The notes: a model not told the origin generated them from the letters alone. A stretch of DNA of 64,000 bases from an uncultured virus (IMG/VR IMGVR_UViG_3300021958_000021) (IMGVR_UViG_3300021958_000021:1-64000); one strand, 5' to 3'. Counted from the first letter of the stretch, positions 17,638 through 27,256 are shown. Translations and numbers: made by a program.

Positions 17638-18063
17638 ATGGGAATACAAAAAGAATGCAGTATATGTAAAAATACTTTCGTGAGCAGGACGATTAAATCA
17701 GCACGATGGGAAAGGAAATGTCCAGAATGTTATGGAAAATCAAAACAAACAACTGCTGCTGAAAAGGTTCAAAAACAACACCTTTATAATGATGCTTCAA
17801 TGCGTAAAGACATTGAAAAGTTGTATGCAAAAGTTTCTGATATTGATGTTCTGATAAGTGCAGAAATTAGTAATACTCTTGCCTCATTATCAGACAATCA
17901 ATTGTTTGACAAAATCCATCAACAGATGGAACAAACTCTTAATGAGAAACTTAAAGAAATCAACGAAGAGAACGATAAGTTCAAAACTAAGATTCAGAGT
18001 CAATTGATTTCTTTGAATAATAAAATTGTAAAAATTATGCAGGAGATGAAAGAAAATGATTAA
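17638..18063 (+). CDS. Zn-finger plus coiled-coil protein
   Basis: CSIC...CPEC followed by a heptad-rich region. Confidence 0.65.
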   Translation: MGIQKECSICKNTFVSRTIKSARWERKCPECYGKSKQTTAAEKVQKQHLYNDASMRKDIEKLYAKVSDIDVLISAEISNTLASLSDNQLFDKIHQQMEQTLNEKLKEINEENDKFKTKIQSQLISLNNKIVKIMQEMKEND

Positions 18064-18171
18064 AACATTGGTAAAGATAGCATTTTGGGGAACTGTCGGC
18101 GTAGCAACAGGTGTTGTGGGTATTGGCTTACTTGCCGCCCTTGACGACGCAGATTACCCTTTGGAGTAAGT

Positions 18172-18187
18172 GGACTCCTTTATATAC
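18172..18187 (+). promoter_or_regulatory. Archaeal-type promoter GGACTCCTTTATATAC (copy 2)
   Basis: Identical to copy 1; ~40 nt upstream of the Ubl gene. Confidence 0.65.
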
Positions 18188-18227
18188 TTTGGAAGAGTAG
18201 AGAAAACACACATCAGGAGATGATATT

Positions 18228-18434
18228 ATGATTAAGTTAAGAATTATGAATGAAACTGGACATACAGAAGTTGTCCTCGCACAAAGCGAGGTTATTGACG
18301 AAATTGACCGACACCCTACCCATTGGGTCTTTATTGACGGAGAAATGGTTAGCCGAGAATCTATCGGTGAAATTAACTGGGAAACGGTTCAATCTGTTGA
18401 TTTGACTCCCGCAATCGTTGGAGGGTGCTATTGA
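18228..18434 (+). CDS. Ubiquitin-like (beta-grasp, ThiS/MoaD/SAMP-like) protein ending GG-CY
   Basis: 68 aa; MIKLRI..., WVFIDGEMV, VDLTPAIVGG followed by CY and stop. Confidence 0.75.
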   Translation: MIKLRIMNETGHTEVVLAQSEVIDEIDRHPTHWVFIDGEMVSRESIGEINWETVQSVDLTPAIVGGCY

Positions 18435-18519
18435 AATTAGTGTAATTTCTTTACTCTTCCAAAACCGCATATTGGGGGTAGCGTGGGGTTAATCCTCCCT
18501 GCGCTATCCCCTTTTTCGG

Positions 18520-18903
18520 GTGATGCAACCCGATTTGATTAATTTTATCAACCAAAATGGATTAAAAATAATGCTAGACCTGAAAGGATGGAAATTAACA
18601 TCCTGTATTCAGATAAATGGTTTAGCAGTAGTAAAACCTGACTTCTATCCCGCCCGTCATGTCCTCGCTATGGGGACGAGGGGCTACATTTATGCCGAAG
18701 GGCAGACTCGGATTGAATACGCAGGGCAGACATTTTCATCAACAGAAGAATTGCTTCTTTCTTGTGGAAAAAATGCTATTCTGAATTTTAAGGACTGGGT
18801 ATTCCTTGAAGAAATGGAGTGGGTAATAACCGATGGAACTAATTGGTTATCTTCTTTCTCTAATCTTTCTGAATTACCTAAACGAAGTAAATATAGGTGT
18901 TAA
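18520..18903 (+). CDS. Hypothetical protein
   Basis: 127-aa ORF coupled to the RNR gene; start uncertain. Confidence 0.55.
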   Translation: MMQPDLINFINQNGLKIMLDLKGWKLTSCIQINGLAVVKPDFYPARHVLAMGTRGYIYAEGQTRIEYAGQTFSSTEELLLSCGKNAILNFKDWVFLEEMEWVITDGTNWLSSFSNLSELPKRSKYRC

Positions 18904-18905
18904 AC

Positions 18906-20771
18906 ATGACTCAAGCCCCAAATAAGAAAATTTTATCTGACATTACTGTGCATATGAAATACGCAAAATACAACCCCGAACTTCTCCGCCGAGAAACTTG
19001 GGATGAAATTGTTGAGCGAAACATGGAAATGCACATAAAAACCTATCCTCAATTAGAAGAGGATATTCGTGATGTTTATACTCATTTTGTCAAAACTAAG
19101 AAAGTTTTGCCTTCTATGCGCTCAATGCAATTTGGCGGTAAGCCAATTGAAATTAGCCCTAATCGGGTCTATAATTGTGCTTATATGCCTATTGATACTC
19201 ATATCGCTTTTAGTGAAGCCATGTTCCTATTGTTAGGTGGAACAGGTGTAGGATATTCGGTTCAACGACACCATGTTGAATTAATGGCTCCTATTCAGCA
19301 TCCTAACTCAAACCGCCAACGACGATATTTAGTCAATGATTCAATAGAAGGTTGGGCTGATGCAGTTAAAATTCTAATGGAGTGTTATACTGGTGTTAGA
19401 ACATCTACACCTACATTTGATTATTCTGATATTAGACCAAAAGGCTCTCTTTTGAAAACTTCTGGTGGAAAAGCGCCAGGCCCACAACCATTAAGAGAAT
19501 GTCTCGTTAAAATTGAAGGTATGCTTCAAAACATTCCTAATGGTTCTATGTTGAAACCAATTCAAGCACACGATATTATGTGTCATATTGCTGATGCAGT
19601 TCTAAGTGGAGGTATTCGTCGTGCGGCTATGATTAGTTTATTCTCCGCAGACGACCATGAAATGATTGCTTGTAAATCTGGTAATTGGTGGGAAAACAAT
19701 CCCCAAAGAGGCAGGGCAAACAATTCAGCAGTTCTTTTGCGACACCGAGTTACAAAAGAATTTTTTATGGATTTGTGGAATAGAATTAAAGCATCTGGTT
19801 CAGGAGAGCCGGGAATTTATTTCAATAATGATAAAGATTGGGGGACTAATCCCTGTTGTGAAATTGCACTCCGACCATATCAGTTCTGCAATTTAACTGA
19901 AGTTAATGCTTCAGATATTACAGACCAAGCGGATTTAGAATCAAGAGTTTCTGCCGCCGCATTCCTCGGAACGCTTCAAGCAGGATATACTGATTTTCAC
20001 TATCTTCGTGAAGTATGGCGTAAAGCAACAGAAAAGGATGCTTTGCTCGGTGTTTCTATGACAGGTATTGCTTCAAATGTTGTTGAACATTTAGATTTAG
20101 AAATGGCCGCTTATGAAGTCAAGAAAGAGAATGAGCGTGTCGCTAAAGAAATAGGTATTAATCCAGCATCAAGAACAACCTGTGTTAAACCTGCTGGAAC
20201 GACTTCTCTTGTTCTTGGAACAAGTAGTGGGATTCATGCTTATCACGATGAGTATTATATTCGTCGCCTTCGTGTCGGTAAGAATGAAGCAATCTATGGT
20301 TATCTCGCAAACAATCATCCAGAATTGGTTGAGGATGAGTTTTTCAATCCGCACGAACAAGCGGTTATTTCAGTCCCACAAAAAGCACCAGAATCAGCGA
20401 TTATTCGCCATGAATCAGTATTTAATTTACTAGAAAGAGTAAAAAACTTTAGCATTCGTTGGGTTCGTGCAGGACATAATGATGGATTGAATACCCACAA
20501 TGTTTCTGCTACTATTTCTATTAAAGATGATGAATGGGAAACGGTTGCAGATTGGATGTGGCTTAACCGACATTATTATAATGGACTGTCTGTTCTCCCA
20601 TATGACGGAGGCACATATACTCAAGCACCTTTTGAAACCTGCGATAAAGAAACATATGATAAATTGACTGAAGCACTACAAGATGTTGATTTGACTATGA
20701 TTCAAGAATTACAGGACGATACTGACCTTTCAGGTGAAATTGCCTGTGCTGGCGGTGCTTGCGAAATCTAA
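18906..20771 (+). CDS. nrdJ: Class II (B12-dependent) ribonucleotide reductase
   Basis: YNCA, GGTGVG, GGIRRAA, TNPCCEI, VKPAGTTS and the C-terminal CAGGAC redox pair; no small-subunit gene seen in the window. Confidence 0.9.
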   Translation: MTQAPNKKILSDITVHMKYAKYNPELLRRETWDEIVERNMEMHIKTYPQLEEDIRDVYTHFVKTKKVLPSMRSMQFGGKPIEISPNRVYNCAYMPIDTHIAFSEAMFLLLGGTGVGYSVQRHHVELMAPIQHPNSNRQRRYLVNDSIEGWADAVKILMECYTGVRTSTPTFDYSDIRPKGSLLKTSGGKAPGPQPLRECLVKIEGMLQNIPNGSMLKPIQAHDIMCHIADAVLSGGIRRAAMISLFSADDHEMIACKSGNWWENNPQRGRANNSAVLLRHRVTKEFFMDLWNRIKASGSGEPGIYFNNDKDWGTNPCCEIALRPYQFCNLTEVNASDITDQADLESRVSAAAFLGTLQAGYTDFHYLREVWRKATEKDALLGVSMTGIASNVVEHLDLEMAAYEVKKENERVAKEIGINPASRTTCVKPAGTTSLVLGTSSGIHAYHDEYYIRRLRVGKNEAIYGYLANNHPELVEDEFFNPHEQAVISVPQKAPESAIIRHESVFNLLERVKNFSIRWVRAGHNDGLNTHNVSATISIKDDEWETVADWMWLNRHYYNGLSVLPYDGGTYTQAPFETCDKETYDKLTEALQDVDLTMIQELQDDTDLSGEIACAGGACEI

Positions 20772-20780
20772 GGTGATTAA

Positions 20781-21149
20781 ATGACACTCTTCAAATCATT
20801 TGAAGAGTATTTAGAAACAGTAATATTAATGATTAGAGATTTGTCAGACGACTCTCTCAAAAGAATAAACTTAGCAATAAATGTCTGTGATTCATACATA
20901 GATGAGAATGAAAAAATGTTTAGGCTAAATACTACATTAAAAGAATGTTTTTGGGAAATTGAGGAAGCCATCCTTTGTGGTTTCCATAAATACCTAAAAG
21001 AACAAAGTGCTAAGACTAAAGAGTTGGTTGATTATCATAGAGTCAATTGCGAAGGAATGGATTGTAAAATCTGTAAATCAAAAAAATTAACAATAAATAG
21101 AATGAGGAGTTTAAATGAGAGAACACGACCCAAATTATATTCTCAATAA
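20781..21149 (+). CDS. Hypothetical protein
   Basis: 122-aa ORF with AGGTGA RBS. Confidence 0.6.
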   Translation: MTLFKSFEEYLETVILMIRDLSDDSLKRINLAINVCDSYIDENEKMFRLNTTLKECFWEIEEAILCGFHKYLKEQSAKTKELVDYHRVNCEGMDCKICKSKKLTINRMRSLNERTRPKLYSQ

Positions 21150-21280
21150 GAGAAACAATAAACAAATAGCCACACGCTGTCGTGTGTGCGGTGGGCAACT
21201 TATGGTTGCTGATGAAATTAAAAAAGAAATTCACAATAAATGTGATAATGATGATAAAAATATATATATGATGTGATAAA

Positions 21281-22447
21281 ATGAAATTAAATATATCAGT
21301 TCCCGACGATTCCAATAAATATTATAGTTGTGATATTACTTGCGAAACCTTTTCATTTCCTGAACATAAAACCGTTTCTTATATAAGAGCCGCAAAAGAC
21401 CCTGTTCAAGCAGGTTTAGAAACATTCTGGAAAAACATTATTTCTCCAAGAAGAAAACAACGGTATCATAGTCTAAGACAGCGAATACATTTTGCTGAAG
21501 AATTTCATCATATTGTATTTATTGAACAATGTCCCATTGTTCTTTCAAGACAAGGCATTCGCTACCACTTGAACGGTAAATCTTATAGTTTAGCAACCAT
21601 TTGTTCTGCTTTGGCTAGAATTACTTTCAAGGCTTGCTTTGAAAAAGATGGTGCTAAACTTCTTTCTTCTCTTTATTCAACTCTTAATTTACCTGAAGAT
21701 GTTCAGTATTGTCTTGAAAACCGAGCACCTTTTCATTTCTTTGTTGATTTTGAAAAACAAGAGGTTCGTTTAAATGTTGTTCAAATTGATGAGAAAATGC
21801 TGGCTATGGAAATTAGTGATGGTATTTGGGGCGAAATCACTCCTAAGCAATTAGATTCATATTGTAGTTTTTATGTTCATGGAAAGAAAAGAGGTTCTTG
21901 GAAATATCTTTCTCCTAAGAGTCTTTATACTAAATTAATGGGTCGTGAACCTAGCAGTTCTGAGTTAAAGGTTATGATTGCCTTTTTGATGCAAAACAGA
22001 ATGCAAGATATTGTTGATGCTAGGGCATTGGAATTGGTTGGAGATATGCTTGTTCAGCACAAAGGCCGTCTTTCTGCTGAATATGATGATGATGGTATTC
22101 TTAGCACTATTTATATTCGTGGTAAAGAGTATGATTGGATGCTAACCAACAACCGATATAAGTCAGGGATTCAAATGGTTTCAACTTATGTCTATCAACC
22201 AATAGTAGAAATCCTTACTGATGAAAATGATTCTAGCAAGGCTAAAAAGACATTTTCTGAACCAGATTGGCGAGGCCCGATTTGTATTGATAATATGGCT
22301 GAAGGTTCTCCTTTAGGCGACCAATTCGCAACACGGGCATTGGCTTTATTAAACGACTTCCACACAATTAAAATAGTGAATACAATTAGGCGGTATCTTA
22401 CTGCTGAACCTAATGAATATAGAGTTGATAATGATGAATTGCGATGA
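21281..22447 (+). CDS. Hypothetical protein; candidate E2 (UBC)-like conjugating enzyme domain at the C-terminus
   Basis: WRGPICIDN resembles the UBC active-site G-x-I-C-L-D; gene lies between the Ubl and E1 genes. The ORF is secure, the function tentative. Confidence 0.4.
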   Translation: MKLNISVPDDSNKYYSCDITCETFSFPEHKTVSYIRAAKDPVQAGLETFWKNIISPRRKQRYHSLRQRIHFAEEFHHIVFIEQCPIVLSRQGIRYHLNGKSYSLATICSALARITFKACFEKDGAKLLSSLYSTLNLPEDVQYCLENRAPFHFFVDFEKQEVRLNVVQIDEKMLAMEISDGIWGEITPKQLDSYCSFYVHGKKRGSWKYLSPKSLYTKLMGREPSSSELKVMIAFLMQNRMQDIVDARALELVGDMLVQHKGRLSAEYDDDGILSTIYIRGKEYDWMLTNNRYKSGIQMVSTYVYQPIVEILTDENDSSKAKKTFSEPDWRGPICIDNMAEGSPLGDQFATRALALLNDFHTIKIVNTIRRYLTAEPNEYRVDNDELR

Positions 22448-23291
22448 ATGTGGTAGCAAAGATAATTACTTTGATGAGATTCAAGGTGAAAGAATCTGTA
22501 ATGAATGTGGTCTTGTTCTTGTGCAAGAAATGTTTGAAGAAACCGTCCATCTTTTAGATACTGGCGGTAATCTGCAACATTCAGCAGATAAAGGGAAGTT
22601 AGGCTCAGTTATTACTGGGAAAGGTTCTTATAAATTTAATAAGTTTGGTAAAAATAGTGTGATTCCACAATCTATACAAAATGGACTTGTTCATTGTAAT
22701 ATGGTATTAGCAAATGTAGCACCTAATCTTAAGTTAAATGAAAGGGTTGAGAAACTTTACATGGACTTAAACAACAAAGGCATATTTGGCCGAAGTCAAT
22801 TTGAAGCAAGAGCAACCGCAGTTGTTTTTTATGCTTTAAGAGAAAACGGGACTCCCTATTCATTTAAAGAAGTAATGGGTGAATTTGAACCTAATTTAAA
22901 AGTAGTAAAGCGTTTGGTTAGAAAAATCAACCAAACCTATCGTAATAGTGCAAACTATATGCCTATCAATCCTCAGTATTTACTTGAACAAACTCTCAAT
23001 AAAATTACTGATGATTTAGTATTCAAGCGTCAAGCGATTAAAGTGCTTGAATTTTTTGAAGCAAAGGTTGAACAGAATACCTTTAATAGAGGCCGTTCTT
23101 ATTATGCTTCTATTATTTGGATTACTGCAAAAATGTATGTGAATACTCAAATTACACAGGTATTGATTACAAAGAAAACTGGATTTTCTAGATTTAATAT
23201 TCGCAGACAAACCAAAGAGATTCTTAGTATGATTGGATTAGAATTAGCCAATCAAGTTAAAGGAAAACAATTAAGTGAACTAGGTGAATAA
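22431..23291 (+). CDS. tfb: Transcription initiation factor IIB (TFB)-like protein
   Basis: Zn ribbon CDECGS...GERICNECGLVL followed by two cyclin-like repeats (GRS...ATAVVFYALR; GRSYYASIIWI...TQ...TGFSRFNIR). Confidence 0.85.
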   Translation: MMNCDECGSKDNYFDEIQGERICNECGLVLVQEMFEETVHLLDTGGNLQHSADKGKLGSVITGKGSYKFNKFGKNSVIPQSIQNGLVHCNMVLANVAPNLKLNERVEKLYMDLNNKGIFGRSQFEARATAVVFYALRENGTPYSFKEVMGEFEPNLKVVKRLVRKINQTYRNSANYMPINPQYLLEQTLNKITDDLVFKRQAIKVLEFFEAKVEQNTFNRGRSYYASIIWITAKMYVNTQITQVLITKKTGFSRFNIRRQTKEILSMIGLELANQVKGKQLSELGE

Positions 23292-23292
23292 A

Positions 23293-23616
23293 ATGTTTGA
23301 AAAAGAATGGAATAAAATAGCAAAGAAAGTATATACAAATGCAGTTAATCATGGCTTTTGGAAAGAAAAGCCTAATGATGGCGAGCGCATGGCTTTAATT
23401 CATGCTGAAATTAGTGAAGCACTTGAAGCCCTGCGAGAAGGTAATCCTTCTTCATCAAAGATTATTGAATACAGTAATCTTGAAGAAGAATTAGCCGATG
23501 CGGTAATCCGTATTATGGATTATGCTTTTGGTAAAGATTTAGATATAGCGGGTGCGATTCTCGCTAAGATTGAATACAATCAAAGCCGTGAATATATGCA
23601 TGGTAAATCGTTCTAA
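23293..23616 (+). CDS. MazG-like nucleotide pyrophosphohydrolase
   Basis: ALIHAEISEALEA...EEELADAVIRIMD...KIEYN..R. Confidence 0.85.
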   Translation: MFEKEWNKIAKKVYTNAVNHGFWKEKPNDGERMALIHAEISEALEALREGNPSSSKIIEYSNLEEELADAVIRIMDYAFGKDLDIAGAILAKIEYNQSREYMHGKSF

Positions 23617-23628
23617 GGAGGAATAAAT

Positions 23629-24384
23629 ATGGGAAAAACAGTAAAAGATATGAAATGTGGTTTTTGCGGCGTTACTGGACACACCGCTAGAACCTGTGAA
23701 GAAAAGAAAAAGCAAGCAGTTAAGGATGAAAGAAAGGCCAAAAGAAAACAGGCTAAAAAGTATTACTATACCGAATCTAAAAGCCTTGCACCTCTTCTTG
23801 CGAAATTAACAGAAGAAGGAAAAACTGCATTGTTGAATAACGGATTTATGCGTAGCGCACATTTCTTAGTTCAAACTAAGCCCGAAACTGCAATTCAAGA
23901 ATTATTGGTTGAGCCAATGATTGAAGTTATTTCTAACCGAGCAAAACAGGAAGGGTGCAAAATTGATTTTAGCCGTGAGCCGCATTTTAAGACTATTGAA
24001 AATAAGAACAAATACTTGGATTACTTGCTAACTGTTTCCTTCAAGGGACACAAGGCCCCTATTAAGTGGTTAATTGAAGCAGAAGCCCCTAACCAAACAC
24101 ATAAGGGTATTGAACAGGTTGAAGATTTCTTGGCTTCCGTTGCGAATGTCAATGAATATCGCTTTATCGTGACTGATGGTTATTGGTGGCATTTTTGTCA
24201 TCCAACAATTGATAGTGCTTTGGAGTGGACTAGTTTCACTATTGACGATAGTAGTTTTTGGTTGGATAATAATGTCGGTGCTATGGTGTTGGACATTAAT
24301 CCTATTCAAAATATGAAGAAGGCCGCACTTGTTTTAGGTTTTCTAGGAATAGCCTTGGTGTTAAATAATTTTGGAATTATTTAA
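23629..24384 (+). CDS. Zn-knuckle + restriction-endonuclease-like domain + C-terminal TM helix
   Basis: CGFCGVTGHTARTC; E...LDY...LIEAE...Q...FIVTDGYWW resembles the type I HsdR N-terminal nuclease-like fold; hydrophobic tail. Confidence 0.55.
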   Translation: MGKTVKDMKCGFCGVTGHTARTCEEKKKQAVKDERKAKRKQAKKYYYTESKSLAPLLAKLTEEGKTALLNNGFMRSAHFLVQTKPETAIQELLVEPMIEVISNRAKQEGCKIDFSREPHFKTIENKNKYLDYLLTVSFKGHKAPIKWLIEAEAPNQTHKGIEQVEDFLASVANVNEYRFIVTDGYWWHFCHPTIDSALEWTSFTIDDSSFWLDNNVGAMVLDINPIQNMKKAALVLGFLGIALVLNNFGII

Positions 24385-24396
24385 GGAGGAATAAAT

Positions 24397-24600
24397 ATGA
24401 GCGAAGAAGAGAATATGAGCGAAGAAGAGAGAATAGTGAAAGCATATCGTGATTTAGGACACAAGGTTGTATTCCACATGGAATATGACGCATATTTAAA
24501 TTACACACTTGAACAGAAAATAGGACTTGAAAATTGTGGAGATGTTGCTTGCGAATACTGTTGGGTTGAAATTGATTGGAAGAAAATTAAGGAGGAATAA
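24397..24600 (+). CDS. Small hypothetical protein
   Basis: 67 aa; duplicated MSEEE start. Confidence 0.55.
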   Translation: MSEEENMSEEERIVKAYRDLGHKVVFHMEYDAYLNYTLEQKIGLENCGDVACEYCWVEIDWKKIKEE

Positions 24601-24772
24601 ATATGAGAGAAGATAAATTAATGACAGGTTTTACTTGTATTTGTCTTGATGTGCCTTTTGGTCATCATGAAACGGTGGTCAAATGGCTACCGACAGATAC
24701 AACCGCAGAATGTCTTGAATGTCAGCGAATCTGGGATTTAGACACAATTAGATATACAAAAGAAAATGGAGG

Positions 24773-25339
24773 ATGGGAATAATGAGAAAAGTATTAATTA
24801 TTGGAGCAGGTGGAATTGGAAGTTTTCTAATTCCAACATTAGATAAAGTTGGTCTTTACCGCATTCATGTGGCTGACCCTGATAGCGTAGAAACAAAGAA
24901 TCTACCTTATCAAAACTTTAAGAAAGGTCATGTTGGGCAGAATAAGGCCCAAGTAATGATGGATTCTTATGAATCTGTCGCTACTTATAGTAAATATCCT
25001 ATTTTGACTGAAAAACAAATGTCGGGCTATGACCTTGTGATTTGTTGTGTGGATAACATCGGAGTAAGACGAACCTTATACAACACAAGTTTTAAATGGC
25101 TTGACTTACGAGCGCAGGGCAGAAATGCCGCCCTTGTGTCGCATAAGGCCGACCCTAAAATGTATGATGTGCTTCTAGCAGGAGATGATAGAAGTTATTC
25201 GTGTCAAGGTGATTCATGGGATGGAACGAATAGTAATGTTCATTTTATGCAAGTAGCAATTGCAGGATTAGGCGCACAATGGACGCAAAGATATTTTAAC
25301 AAAGAAGAAGTAAGAGAATATATGGTGGTGAATGTATGA
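24773..25339 (+). CDS. ThiF/MoeB/E1-family adenylyltransferase
   Basis: VLIIGAGGIGS, DPDSVETKNLPYQ, GQNKA, DLVICCVDN. Confidence 0.9.
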   Translation: MGIMRKVLIIGAGGIGSFLIPTLDKVGLYRIHVADPDSVETKNLPYQNFKKGHVGQNKAQVMMDSYESVATYSKYPILTEKQMSGYDLVICCVDNIGVRRTLYNTSFKWLDLRAQGRNAALVSHKADPKMYDVLLAGDDRSYSCQGDSWDGTNSNVHFMQVAIAGLGAQWTQRYFNKEEVREYMVVNV

Positions 25340-26379
25340 GAACAAGAAAACAATATACTGATGAAGAAATTGCATATATGGTTGTAAGTAGGACTCTCAA
25401 GAAAACTTGGGAAACTATTGCTGATGAAATGGAAGTAAAGTTCGGTTATCGTCGCAACCCGTCAAATCTTTCAATCAAATATAATACTTTGATTGGATTA
25501 GATTTTAGTAATCATTTTACTGATAAGCAAACACAGTTTGTTTTTGATGCTTGGCGAAATAATTTTTCTATGAAGAAAATTATCGCTGGATTTGAGGAAC
25601 AATTTCAGCAAAACATTAACAAAAATAATGTTGATTTTATCGTGAAACAGATGGCTCACGAACAAAAAGTTAAACAAGAATTAACTGAAACAAAAAATAA
25701 AATAAAACAAAACATGGAGATGAAAAAGATGAAGAAAAGTGTATGGACAAAAGAAGAAGATGAGCAATTGCTTGCTTGTGGTTCTTGGAAGAAGGCTATG
25801 GAATTGGATAATGGTCGGTCAAGGTCGGCTAAAAACAATCGTTGGACTATGCTTCAAAAACAAAAACCAAGAAAAGGTGCAAAGCGTGGACGAATGACAA
25901 TGGCCGAATTAGAAATGATTCGCAATTGTGAAACCGTTGAAGAAGCAATCGCTCTTAACCTGCGAAAGCCCGAAACAATTATTCGGCAATTTGCTACGCT
26001 AAAAAGTGTTTCCCCTCCTCAAAAGGAATTGAAGAAGAAAACTTCTAAGAAAAAGTCTAAGCAACGGTATGTTCCTCGTTGGACGAAAGAAGAGGACTAT
26101 GACCTTATCTTAAACTTTTACGAACTTTCAATTGATGAAGCCCGAACCCGATTTAATCGGTCATACGGGGCTATCGCAACCCGCTTAGAAAGGTTGGTTG
26201 ATAGCACAAAGCCTGAGCATATCTCTATGCTTATGGAGGCTTCTAAGGAAATTAAAACTCGCAAGCAAGCACAGAAGCCAACACCCAAAAAGAGCCGCAG
26301 AACGCTACGCAAGGAGCGAAAAAAGGCTAAGAAAGAGGATAAGTTGAAGGCCAAGTTGCGAAGAATCCGAGGTGAATAA
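25336..26379 (+). CDS. Basic DNA-binding protein with Myb/SANT-like repeats
   Basis: YTDEE, WTKEEDEQLL...GRS...NRW, RWTKEEDYDL...NRS...RL; K-rich tail. Confidence 0.6.
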   Translation: MRTRKQYTDEEIAYMVVSRTLKKTWETIADEMEVKFGYRRNPSNLSIKYNTLIGLDFSNHFTDKQTQFVFDAWRNNFSMKKIIAGFEEQFQQNINKNNVDFIVKQMAHEQKVKQELTETKNKIKQNMEMKKMKKSVWTKEEDEQLLACGSWKKAMELDNGRSRSAKNNRWTMLQKQKPRKGAKRGRMTMAELEMIRNCETVEEAIALNLRKPETIIRQFATLKSVSPPQKELKKKTSKKKSKQRYVPRWTKEEDYDLILNFYELSIDEARTRFNRSYGAIATRLERLVDSTKPEHISMLMEASKEIKTRKQAQKPTPKKSRRTLRKERKKAKKEDKLKAKLRRIRGE

Positions 26380-26381
26380 AC

Positions 26382-26972
26382 ATGGGAAAAATTAAAGATA
26401 AATACTGGAAAGAAATTGAAAATGAAGATGATTCTGGCTATGATGATTGGGTGGCTGAAAATGCCCGCATTGATGAAGCACGACTTACTGTTCAACAAAT
26501 CATTGAAAACCACTTTGAAGAATTGCTTCAAGAACAATTAACTTCTTGTGCTGGCCCAAAAGAAAAACTTCTTGATGTTGCTATGCACAACCATAGTTTT
26601 CACGATACTATTTGGGAAGCATCAACGGTTCTTTTGCCCAATCTTGAAGTTCAAGTAGTTATTGATGGTAAGAACAATTGTTTCGTATCAACAGGAACAG
26701 CAGGATATGTTGATTTCTTTAAACCCCCTGTTGGAATGAGTCTGCCTATTCGTTGTTGGATTCATACTCATCCCTTTGGGGCGGCATACTTTAGTGGAAC
26801 CGATATTCGGACTGTTTCTATTTGGGAACCAAATATGGAATGTGCATATGTTCTTGGTGGAGAAGGCCACTTTGGTTTTTGGAATCAAAGAGAACCGCAA
26901 CAACTTGAAATCTATCGCAACTTTGAATCAGAAAAAATTCAAACTTGGAACAAAAAGGAGGAAGAAGAATGA
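26382..26972 (+). CDS. JAB/MPN+ (JAMM) metalloprotease
   Basis: E...WIHTHP...FSGTD, the HxH-x7-S-x2-D motif. Confidence 0.88.
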   Translation: MGKIKDKYWKEIENEDDSGYDDWVAENARIDEARLTVQQIIENHFEELLQEQLTSCAGPKEKLLDVAMHNHSFHDTIWEASTVLLPNLEVQVVIDGKNNCFVSTGTAGYVDFFKPPVGMSLPIRCWIHTHPFGAAYFSGTDIRTVSIWEPNMECAYVLGGEGHFGFWNQREPQQLEIYRNFESEKIQTWNKKEEEE

Positions 26973-27256
26973 CGAAGTTTAGAACAATTAAAAGTGGATT
27001 AAGCACCGCAAAGAAATACGGAGAAAGACCAATGCGCCGACATGATGAAGAACCATTGGAACCTCATCATATTCGTCATCCCAATGACAAAAATGAGCGA
27101 AGAACCGATAAAGGCGTTCAATGGGTTAAAAAAGGTGCAAAAAAGACTGAGCGTGAAAAGCGTCTTGCACAATTTTACAAAACTCATGTTTATACTTGGG
27201 TTTCAGAAAACCGCCGAGCATGGGTCGCTATTCCTCAATCGGAGGAAGAAGAATGA
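26969..27256 (+). CDS. Basic hypothetical protein
   Basis: ATG overlaps the JAB stop (ATGA). Confidence 0.6.
   Translation: MTKFRTIKSGLSTAKKYGERPMRRHDEEPLEPHHIRHPNDKNERRTDKGVQWVKKGAKKTEREKRLAQFYKTHVYTWVSENRRAWVAIPQSEEEE

Noticed and set aside
20740..20771. RNR C-terminal ...AGGACEI as a second ubiquitin-like GG tail
   Set aside because: This is the normal CxxxxC redox tail of ribonucleotide reductases.
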